Below are positions 7,674-15,515 of a DNA stretch of 44,181 bases, piece by piece (the first letter of the stretch is position 1; each line of letters starts with the position of its first letter). Position numbers and translations under genes: made by a program. The notes beneath the pieces were generated by a model, which saw only the letters and a program-made list of their open reading frames with translations, was not told the DNA's origin and made no database searches. Origin of the DNA: Betaproteobacteria bacterium (lineage in GTDB: Bacteria; Pseudomonadota; Gammaproteobacteria; Burkholderiales; Usitatibacteraceae). The stretch spans positions 1 through 44,181 of the forward strand of contig JAEUNB010000030.1 of NCBI GenBank assembly GCA_016790625.1. The letters are read 5' to 3'.

Positions 7674-10600
7674 ATGGCGTTTTTTGTGCGCAGATTGGCC
7701 TCGGCCATTTGCCTGATCCTAGCTGCGGGTTTGTTGTCGATAAGCGCTGGTGCGCAGGTTCCCTCGCTGGCATGGCAAAAGTCCATTTACGGCCATGGCA
7801 ATACCGACGCCGTACCCGGTGGCGCGGACTTTGTGCTCGGCAAGCGGTCGATGGCGGTTGACGCGAGCGGCAACGTCTACGTTACCGGCAGCAGTTCCAA
7901 TGGTTCGAATGCCGATTTTCTGACGATCAAGTACAACGCCGCCGGCGCAATCCAATGGCGTGCGGTGGCGAATGGCAGTGCCAACAGTGCGGACGTGGCT
8001 TATGCACTGGCGCTCGATGGTTCCGGTAATGTGGTGGTGACGGGCACCAGTTATGCCGCCGGGTTGGCCAACTATTTGACGGTCAAGTACGACAATAACG
8101 GCAGCGAGTTGTGGCGAGCCACGTTCAATGGCGCGCAAAACGGTGACGACGAAGCTTATGCCGTGGCGATTGATGCCGGCGGAAATATCTATGTCACGGG
8201 CACATCGTTCAACGGAACGGCCTACGATTTTGGCAGTGTGCTGGACTTCCTCACAATTAAGTACAGCCCGTCCGGAGCACAGCTCTGGACCCGGCGCGTG
8301 ACCGGCACCGATCGAGGCGTCGATCGGCCTAACGCCATCGCGGTCGATGGCAGCGGCAACGTCGTCGTCGCCGGCTATAGCTACAGCGGTAGCAGTGCCG
8401 GCAACGATTTTCTGACGGTCAAGTACGACACCAGTGGCAACGAGCTCTGGCGGGCGACGTTCGATGCGGCAGGCGGCAGCGATCTGGGCTTTGCACTGGC
8501 CATCGATGCGAGCGGGAATGTGTACGTTGCCGGTCAGGGGTTCAATGGAACGGACAACGACTACCTGACGATCAAGTACGACGCGAGCGGCGCCAAGCAG
8601 TGGCACCGCATGGCCAACGGAACCGGCAATGCTGGCGATATTGCCTATGCGGTGGCGGTGGACGCAAGCGGTAATGTCATCGTTCATGGCCAGAGCGATC
8701 TCGCCAGCGGCGGATTGCCTGGCCCGGCCAACCCCAAGTACATGACGGTCAAGTACGACGCGGCAGGGACCGAGCTGTGGCGTGCGACAACGAACGGCTC
8801 GGGTACCGGCTACGATATTTCATCCGCCTTAGCGGTGGATGCGGCAGGCAATATCTATGTGACAGGCTATGACGGCAGCGGCGTGTTGCTCAGCCTGAAA
8901 TATGGCCCGGCCGGCGGCGCGCCTGCATGGAGCAGCAGCATCGCCGGCGCGGGCAGCGCCAATGGTGCGGCCCTGGTATCGACGGTCATCGACGGTACCG
9001 GCAACGTTCATGTCGCCGGATATCAGGGGAGCGGAACCGGCAATGACTTTCTGGTTGTCAAGTACGACGCCAGCGGCGCGGAACAGTGGCGCGCCAATGA
9101 GGGACAGCATATTGGAATCAGTACGGCGTTTGCGTCGGATTTGGTCGGGCGTGATGCGATGAAGGTAGATGCGGCCGGCAATATCTACATCACCGGGCGC
9201 AGCAACTATGGTGCCGGCAGCGATTACCTGACCGCCAAGTACGACCTGTCCGGCAATGAGTTATGGCGCGCGATGGCCAACGGCCCGGGCAACAATATCG
9301 ATCAGCCTTATGCATTGGCAGTGGACTCCGGCGGCAATGTTTACGCGACCGGCGACTCCTATGCCAACAGCCGCAGCGGCATGCTGACGGTGAAGTACAG
9401 CGCGAGCGGCATCGAACAATGGCGCGTGGTGGCCAGCGATGGTGCAACGGAAAGTGTGTCGGCGCGCGTGCTGGCGGTCGATTCGGCAGGCGACGTCATC
9501 GTTTCCGGCTTGAGCTTCAACGGTTTCGACTTCCTGACGGTGAAGTACAACGCGAACGGCGTCGAGCAATGGCGTGCAAAGGCCAATCGCGCTGCCGACG
9601 GCATCGATACGCCGGTTGCCATGCTGACCGATGCCGCGCGCAACGTATATGTCACTGGGCGCAGCGCCGACGGCATCAACAATGGCTACCTCACCGTCAA
9701 ATACAACGCCAGCGGACAGGAGCAGTGGCGTGCGCTGGAAAATGCTTCCATCGACTATGTGGCCAAGAGAAATTATGCTATGGCACTGGATGCCAACGGC
9801 AATCTGGTGGTGGCGGGCGATGCGGTCGTCAAGTACGACGGCACCGGTGCTTTCTTGTGGAGAGTGGAGCCCACCTTTCAACCACAGCAGGTCGCCATCG
9901 ATGCCAGCGGAAATATCTTTATGGCCGGTACGCGTGGCATGGCGGCCAAATACAATGCCGCCGGTGTCGAGTTGTGGAGTCGCGCAGTAAGCGGCACGGC
10001 AGATGCCAACGATGCGATTCGCGCCATGACCATCGACGCAGACAGCAATGTCTACGTCAGCAATCAGAATTACGCGTTGGGAAATACCGACTACATGACC
10101 GTCAAGTACAACGGCGCCGGAGCGGAGCAGTGGCGAATCGTCACGCCGACCCAGGGGGGCGCTTATTTTTCCGCCGCTGCGTTGGCGGTAGATGCTGCGC
10201 GCAGTGTGATACTGGCCAGCAATTCGATCTCGACCGGCAGCCCGACCGCAATGTCGCTCAGCAAATATCGCGTGGTGACACCGGCACCGACCATCACGGC
10301 GGCTGTCGCCGGCAACAGCCGCGCGACGGTTACCTTCCTGCCACCGGCAAGCGATGGCGGCGTACCGATTGTCAGTTACACCGTGTCATGCGACCCGGGC
10401 ATGGCGGCGACGGGTCCTGCCTCTCCCATTGTTGTTGCCGGATTGAGCAATGGCGTTACCTATCAATGCTCGGTAACGGCCAACAACGCGCTGGGCGCCA
10501 GCCTGCCTTCTGCCGCGCTGAGCGTGACACCTTCGGCAACGGCGCCGCTGGTGCTGATCGACGTGGTGTCGCGCAAGACCCATGGCAGCGCCGGAGATTT

Positions 10601-11069
10601 CGACCTGCCACTGGAAACACTGCCGGCCATTGGTGGCGCAGTATCGGTTGAGCCACGCGCAATCGGCGCCGGGCACACAGTCGTCTATCGGTTCAGCGAT
10701 ATCGTTTCGAGCAGCGGGACCGCTTCCGCAGTCGGTGCGCAATCGATGCCGGTGGGTACGATTTCGTCGGTAACCGTTTCGGACAACAGCGTGCTGGTTA
10801 CGTTGACCGGCATTGCCGATGGTCAACGGGCAACCGTGTCGCTCAGCGGCGTTAATGTCAGCACCAGCGCGACGGTGTCGCTGGGTTTCCTGGTGGGCGA
10901 CGTAAACAGCTCACGCTCGGTCAACGCCAGCGATATCAGCGGTGTGAAGGCGCGCATTGGCCAGACAGCCAACACGTCAAATTTCATGTTTGATTTCAAC
11001 ACTTCGGGCGTTATCAATAGCGCCGATCAGTCTGCCGCAAAGGCCCGATCCGGCGCCGTTCTTCCTTAG
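7674..11069 (+). CDS. Large secreted SBBP-type beta-propeller repeat protein with C-terminal FN3 + beta-sandwich + dockerin-like module
   Basis: 1131 aa. Signal peptide (MAFFVRRLASAICLILAAGLLSISAGAQ) followed by about 15-16 repeats of the pattern A.AVD.SGNVYVTG....DFLT(V/I)KY(D/N).SG.E.WR. Next comes FN3 (NSRATVTFLPPASDGGVPIVSYTVSC), then VSRKTHGSAGDFDLPL..., and it ends with two dockerin-like loops (GDVNSSRSVNASDISGVKA, FDFNTSGVINSADQSAAKA). Confidence 0.85.
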   Translation: MAFFVRRLASAICLILAAGLLSISAGAQVPSLAWQKSIYGHGNTDAVPGGADFVLGKRSMAVDASGNVYVTGSSSNGSNADFLTIKYNAAGAIQWRAVANGSANSADVAYALALDGSGNVVVTGTSYAAGLANYLTVKYDNNGSELWRATFNGAQNGDDEAYAVAIDAGGNIYVTGTSFNGTAYDFGSVLDFLTIKYSPSGAQLWTRRVTGTDRGVDRPNAIAVDGSGNVVVAGYSYSGSSAGNDFLTVKYDTSGNELWRATFDAAGGSDLGFALAIDASGNVYVAGQGFNGTDNDYLTIKYDASGAKQWHRMANGTGNAGDIAYAVAVDASGNVIVHGQSDLASGGLPGPANPKYMTVKYDAAGTELWRATTNGSGTGYDISSALAVDAAGNIYVTGYDGSGVLLSLKYGPAGGAPAWSSSIAGAGSANGAALVSTVIDGTGNVHVAGYQGSGTGNDFLVVKYDASGAEQWRANEGQHIGISTAFASDLVGRDAMKVDAAGNIYITGRSNYGAGSDYLTAKYDLSGNELWRAMANGPGNNIDQPYALAVDSGGNVYATGDSYANSRSGMLTVKYSASGIEQWRVVASDGATESVSARVLAVDSAGDVIVSGLSFNGFDFLTVKYNANGVEQWRAKANRAADGIDTPVAMLTDAARNVYVTGRSADGINNGYLTVKYNASGQEQWRALENASIDYVAKRNYAMALDANGNLVVAGDAVVKYDGTGAFLWRVEPTFQPQQVAIDASGNIFMAGTRGMAAKYNAAGVELWSRAVSGTADANDAIRAMTIDADSNVYVSNQNYALGNTDYMTVKYNGAGAEQWRIVTPTQGGAYFSAAALAVDAARSVILASNSISTGSPTAMSLSKYRVVTPAPTITAAVAGNSRATVTFLPPASDGGVPIVSYTVSCDPGMAATGPASPIVVAGLSNGVTYQCSVTANNALGASLPSAALSVTPSATAPLVLIDVVSRKTHGSAGDFDLPLETLPAIGGAVSVEPRAIGAGHTVVYRFSDIVSSSGTASAVGAQSMPVGTISSVTVSDNSVLVTLTGIADGQRATVSLSGVNVSTSATVSLGFLVGDVNSSRSVNASDISGVKARIGQTANTSNFMFDFNTSGVINSADQSAAKARSGAVLP
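7854..10260 (+). repeat. Tandem coding repeat array (about 150-180 nt period, about 15-16 units) encoding SBBP beta-propeller blades
   Basis: The motif ...ctgacggtcaagtacgac... (LTVKYD) recurs with variants through 7920-10100. Protein-level KY(D/N)..G...W occurs about 15 times. Confidence 0.8.
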
Positions 11070-11081
11070 CGGAAAATCACT

Positions 11082-11148
11082 AAACACTAGAGCTGGCGCG
11101 GCGCTCAAGAGCCTTTCGTGCCAGAGGCCGCGCCAGTGCTGGAGTTTT
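11082..11148. repeat. REP-like inverted repeat, copy 2 (left arm degenerate)
   Basis: Right arm GCCGCGCCAGTGCTGGAGTTTT (11127-11148). Left arm AAACACTAGAGCTGGCGCGGC (11082-11102). It starts 13 nt after the SBBP gene stop. Confidence 0.7.
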
Positions 11149-11321
11149 GCACGCCGCATCAGGCGCCAACAATGATCCGGTGATGCACCGAACTTGCGTT
11201 TCCGGATAGGCTGGCTGTATCGCAAGCGAGTTTGGCACCGTCTTCGCTGACAATCGGACATGCTGCAGAAAATGTCTTATCGCTGCTGCTGCCACCGATA
11301 AACCTGCCATAGGTCCGTCAG

Positions 11322-14300
11322 ATGATGACAATTTTCGTCAAGCTCCTGCGTCGCGCTGCAATCGCGTTGTGCGTTACCGCACACCTGCCGCTTGCTGCCC
11401 AGACCATTCCGCCGATTCCCACCGGGCATCCACGCATCCTGCTGGTGGGGGCGGAGTTGCAGCGGTTGCGTGAAGATCTGAACAACGGGGCGGCTTACGC
11501 GACCCGCTTCCGCTCCATGGTAGACAACGCGGTCGGCGGCGCCAACATCTACGACTACAAGCCATGGTATTCGGCCATGATTGGCGTGATTCGCGGCAAC
11601 ACCACCTATCCGCAGTACTGCGCACACGCGGTTAACCGTACCGAGGCATTCGTTGTTTCTGAAGAAGCCGTCATTGCCAGTGGGCAGCGGGCAACGGTGT
11701 CGTACGACGTCTACCTTGAGGTCGGCGATCTGATCGGCAATGTGATGCTGGTGTACGACTGGTGTTACGACGTTTTGACGCCGACGCAGCGGGCACGTTG
11801 GCTGGACTATTCAAGTCGTGCTGTAACCAACGTCTGGGATCCCCCCAATGCGCGGTGGGGCAGCGTTTCACACCCATGGAACGGATGGTCGATCAACAAT
11901 CCGGTCAACAATTATTACTACTCATTTCTGCGTGCGACCATGCTTTACGGAATCGCGGCCAAGCATGATCGTGCCGATGCCGATACGTGGTTGACCCAGT
12001 TCCGCACCACCAAATTGAATAATCAGTTGGTGCCGCTGTTCAATAGCGATCTTGCCGGCGGTGGATCGCGCGAAGGCACCGGTTACGGTACCGCGATGAA
12101 GGGTTTGTTTCACCTCTACTACATTTGGGAAAAGACTACGGGTGAGCGCATTGCCGACCTCACCACCCATACCGCATCGAGCATGCCTTACCTCGTTCAC
12201 TCGATGATGCCGACGCGGGATCGTATTGCGCCAATCGGCGACCACGCTAGGGACTCCACGGCGACTTTTTATGACTACCAACGCGAATCGCTGATGGCGT
12301 TGTCCACGTTGTATCGCGGCTCGCCAATGGCCCGCCGTGTGCGAGCCGAGTTGGCAGCGTCGACGGTTCCGCAGATGCAGGACTCATTCAATATTGTCTA
12401 TGACTATTTCTACGGTGGCACCGATGCCGGGACAGCCGCCAATCTGAACACGGTGTATCGAGGTGCCGGCACCGGACATCTTTTTGTGCGCTCGGCGTGG
12501 ACGACGAATGCAACCTGGTTGGGTTTTTTGACCGGGCCTTACACCGAGTCGCATGCCCATCCGGATGGGCTTTCGCTTCTGCTATTCAAGAACGGCTGGC
12601 TGGTCAACGACGCCAATATGCAGTCGCATAGCGGCTTGCAGAATGTGCAGGAAGCTCACGCACTGGTGACGCAACGGGTGGGCGGCACGGTCGTCCGGAT
12701 GTACGAGACCACCTCGTCCAGCGCCCAATTGACCGCGCTTTCACAGCGGCCACTGTATCTGTACGCTGCCGCGAATCAGGGAACGTTGTTCAATCACCCA
12801 AGTACGGGCAATCCCGGTGTGCAGTCGAAGCGGGAAATTGTTTATGTCAAACCGGATGTGGTTGTCGTTTTTGATCGTGTGCAATACACGCCGGGCAGTT
12901 CGGTCAAAACCTTTCAGTTGCCGACCCCTTACTTGCCGACGATCAGCGGTCGCACAGCCACCGTTGGCAATGGTGTGAGCAGCCTGCGCTTGCACGCTGT
13001 CGCGCCTGCCAGCGCGACGTTGAGTACAACTTCCTACGCCGCCCTCGATCCCGATTTCACTGGTGGTGGCCATCGGATTGATGTCTCAGTGACGGGCAGC
13101 GGCGAAACCAAATTCATGAACGTTCTCTCCATCGACAACGCCGCCGCCACGGTTACAGGATCGCCAACCGACAGCGGCGAGGTCACCATTACATTGACTG
13201 ACGGACGCAGTGTGTTGCTACGCTTCAATGCGTCGGCCCCCGGCGGTACGATAGAGATTCGCGATGCTGGCGGCCAGGTAGTGGTATCGGAACCACTGGC
13301 CGGCACGGTGGAGACGATTGCGGAAACGATACCGACGCAGGAAACGCTGACGGTCAGCAAGACCGGGACTGGTGGGGGCACGGTCAGTTCGTTGCCAAGT
13401 GGAATCAACTGCGGCAGCACTTGTTCCGCTGTGTTCAATAGCGGCACCGGCATCACGTTGAGTGCGATTCCGAACATTGGCTCCAGCTTTGCGGGCTGGA
13501 GTGGTGGTTGTTCCGGTACGGGAAACTGCCAGATTACACTCGCCGGTGCGACGGCAGTTTCAGCGATATTTACGCTGATTCCGCCAACAGTACCTGGCGC
13601 GCCCACTGCCTTCATGGGAACCGCCGGCAATCAGCGTGTCATCGTTGGCTTTGCGCCGCCCGCAATAAACGGTGGCGCACCGATTACCGGCTACACCCTG
13701 ACCTGCACGGCGGGAAGCTTTACCGGCAGCGCCACCGGTGCGGCATCGCCACTGGCGATAGGCGGCCTGACCAATGGCACGGCCTACGATTGTTCGGTGA
13801 CGGCAAGCAATGCGGTTGGCAGTGGCGCGGCATCCGCGCCAATTTCGATAACGCCTACTTCTGGTGCAACCTTGACGCTGGTCGGCGCGTATTCACGCAA
13901 GACGCACGGTGCAGCGGGGCCGTTCGATTTGCCGCTGACCCTTGGCGAGGGAATCGATGGTGCCATCACCGTGGAGCCGCGCAGCGAAGCCAACGGCCAT
14001 ACGCTGTTGTTGCAATTCAACGATACGGTCGGCTCCGTCGGTACGGTATCGGTGCTTGATGCATCGGCAACGATTGCCGGCAACGCAACCGCATCGGCGT
14101 CCGGTTATGTCGTCACCGTTCCGATTCAAGGCATAGCGGATGGCAAGCGGGTAACGGTCACTGTCAACGGTGTGAACGGCGGGCCTGCGTTCAGCGTCGC
14201 GCTCGGCTTCATGGTCGGGGACTTCAATCACACCCGCGCCATCAACGCCAGCGATATCAGCGCGATGAAGCAGCATGCGGTACAAGTCGTCAACGCACAG

Positions 14301-14390
14301 AACTACTTGTTCGACGTGAACGTCGATGGTCTGATCAATGGCGCCGATATGTCGGCAACCCGCACTCGATCGGGCAGGGTTTTCAACTAG
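11322..14390 (+). CDS. Secreted heparinase II/III-like polysaccharide lyase fused to InlB-B-repeat-like, FN3 and dockerin-like C-terminal modules
   Basis: 1022 aa. Signal peptide (MMTIFVKLLRRAAIALCVTAHLPLAAQ) and an N-terminal GHPRILL motif. ESHAHPDGLSLLLFKNGWLVNDANM resembles the heparinase II/III H-x-H-x-D region. 13344-13577 encodes TLTVSKTGTGGGTVSSLPSGINCGSTCSAVF...FAGWSGGCSGTGNCQITL (divergent InlB B-repeat type). The C-terminal 270 aa are homologous to the C-terminus of 7674..11069. Confidence 0.8.
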   Translation: MMTIFVKLLRRAAIALCVTAHLPLAAQTIPPIPTGHPRILLVGAELQRLREDLNNGAAYATRFRSMVDNAVGGANIYDYKPWYSAMIGVIRGNTTYPQYCAHAVNRTEAFVVSEEAVIASGQRATVSYDVYLEVGDLIGNVMLVYDWCYDVLTPTQRARWLDYSSRAVTNVWDPPNARWGSVSHPWNGWSINNPVNNYYYSFLRATMLYGIAAKHDRADADTWLTQFRTTKLNNQLVPLFNSDLAGGGSREGTGYGTAMKGLFHLYYIWEKTTGERIADLTTHTASSMPYLVHSMMPTRDRIAPIGDHARDSTATFYDYQRESLMALSTLYRGSPMARRVRAELAASTVPQMQDSFNIVYDYFYGGTDAGTAANLNTVYRGAGTGHLFVRSAWTTNATWLGFLTGPYTESHAHPDGLSLLLFKNGWLVNDANMQSHSGLQNVQEAHALVTQRVGGTVVRMYETTSSSAQLTALSQRPLYLYAAANQGTLFNHPSTGNPGVQSKREIVYVKPDVVVVFDRVQYTPGSSVKTFQLPTPYLPTISGRTATVGNGVSSLRLHAVAPASATLSTTSYAALDPDFTGGGHRIDVSVTGSGETKFMNVLSIDNAAATVTGSPTDSGEVTITLTDGRSVLLRFNASAPGGTIEIRDAGGQVVVSEPLAGTVETIAETIPTQETLTVSKTGTGGGTVSSLPSGINCGSTCSAVFNSGTGITLSAIPNIGSSFAGWSGGCSGTGNCQITLAGATAVSAIFTLIPPTVPGAPTAFMGTAGNQRVIVGFAPPAINGGAPITGYTLTCTAGSFTGSATGAASPLAIGGLTNGTAYDCSVTASNAVGSGAASAPISITPTSGATLTLVGAYSRKTHGAAGPFDLPLTLGEGIDGAITVEPRSEANGHTLLLQFNDTVGSVGTVSVLDASATIAGNATASASGYVVTVPIQGIADGKRVTVTVNGVNGGPAFSVALGFMVGDFNHTRAINASDISAMKQHAVQVVNAQNYLFDVNVDGLINGADMSATRTRSGRVFN

Positions 14391-14393
14391 AAC

Positions 14394-14461
14394 GAAACTC
14401 CAGTACTGGTGCGGGTTTCCGAGCAATTTTGGCCTGGAAGCCGCACCAATGCTGGAGTTTT
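14394..14461. repeat. REP-like inverted repeat, copy 3
   Basis: GAAACTCCAGTACTGGTGCGG (14394-14414) and CCGCACCAATGCTGGAGTTTT (14441-14461). It lies between convergent stops. The right arm overlaps the corA stop codon by 2 nt. GGTGCGG/CCGCACC is a compensatory variant of GGCGCGG/CCGCGCC. Confidence 0.8.
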
Positions 14462-15428
14462 AGTCCAGCCAGCCCTTGCGCTTGAAGTAGGCGAACGGCA
14501 CGGCGACCGAGACCACCATCAGTGCCAGCGCGAAGGGATAGCCGTATTCCCAGTCCAGCTCGGGGAAGAAACGCTTGAAGTTCATGCCGTAGATGCTTGC
14601 GATCAGCGTTGGTGGCAGCAGTGCCACCGAGGCCACCGAGAAGATCTTGATGATCTTGTTCTGGTTGATGTTGATGAAACCGACCGTCGCATCCATCAGG
14701 AAGTTGATCTTGTCGAACAGGAACGCGGTGTGACCATCCAGCGATTCGATATCGCGCAGGATCTGGCGCGCTTCCTCCATCTGTTCCGTTTGCAGCAGCT
14801 TTTGCCGCATCAGGAAGGAAACCGCACGGCGCGTGTCCATCACATTGCGGCGGATGCGTCCGTTCAGGTCTTCCTCGTTGGCGATGCGTGCCAGCACCTT
14901 GCCGGCTTCAGCGTCGGTCATTTTCTCCGTGAGCACCGAGGCGGAAATTTTCTCCAGTTCTGCGTAAACGCTCTCCAGCGCGTCGGCCGAATATTCGGCG
15001 TCGGTGGCGTACAGGTCGAGCAGCACTTCACGCGCGTCCTCGATATAGCCAGGCCGTGTGCGGGCGCGCATGCGCACCAGCCGGAATACTGGCAGGTCTT
15101 CCAGATGCAGCGACAGCAGCGAATTGTTCTTGAGGATAAACGCGACCGGCACGTTGCGTGAATCGTCCTCGTTTATTTCCAGCAGAAAGTCCGAGCGCAG
15201 GTGCAGCTCGCCGTTCTCGCCTTCGTAGAAACGCGCGCTCGATTCGAGATCCTGCATGTCTTCCAGAGAGGGAAGTTCAAGCTCAAACAGCTCTTTGATC
15301 CAGCTACGCTCGGTTTCGGTCGGCGAGACAAGGTCAATCCAGATCGGTTCTGAATTGCGCAGGTCGTCGAGTGTCTCGACATGCAGCTGATTCAGCCGCC
15401 GGTTGTTGAGTACAAAAACATTGAGCAT
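14460..15428 (-). CDS. corA: Magnesium/cobalt transporter CorA
   Basis: The GMN motif (YGMNFKRFFPELDW) lies between two C-terminal TM helices. The track start at 15440 is TTG; the ATG at 15428 has GGAG 7 nt upstream and is preferred. Confidence 0.9.
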   Translation of the reverse strand: MLNVFVLNNRRLNQLHVETLDDLRNSEPIWIDLVSPTETERSWIKELFELELPSLEDMQDLESSARFYEGENGELHLRSDFLLEINEDDSRNVPVAFILKNNSLLSLHLEDLPVFRLVRMRARTRPGYIEDAREVLLDLYATDAEYSADALESVYAELEKISASVLTEKMTDAEAGKVLARIANEEDLNGRIRRNVMDTRRAVSFLMRQKLLQTEQMEEARQILRDIESLDGHTAFLFDKINFLMDATVGFININQNKIIKIFSVASVALLPPTLIASIYGMNFKRFFPELDWEYGYPFALALMVVSVAVPFAYFKRKGWLD

Positions 15429-15515
15429 GACGCGCTCCAAAAGGTTGCGCGATTGTAGTGCAGGAGTTCAGGCCAATGCCAGTGAAATATCGCCTGCAGC
15501 AGGTCAAAAAATGGC

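Noticed and set aside
9263-10651. 462-aa alternate-frame + ORF, plus 322-aa (7719..8687) and 206-aa (9261..9881) antisense ORFs inside the SBBP gene
   Set aside because: Their Arg/Gln/Cys/His-rich translations have no structure. They stay open only because the repetitive, codon-biased SBBP array lacks stop triplets in those frames.
14409-15161. Other long shadow ORFs: 14409..15161 +, 23044..23859 +, 34327..35118 -, 41561..42328 -, 31070..31765 +, 27682..28398 +, 1005..1841 +
   Set aside because: Each fully overlaps a confidently recognised gene on the other strand (corA, RND adaptor, cyclase/secreted protein, binding protein, GMC oxidoreductase, htpX, yafY-like). Each has shadow-ORF composition.
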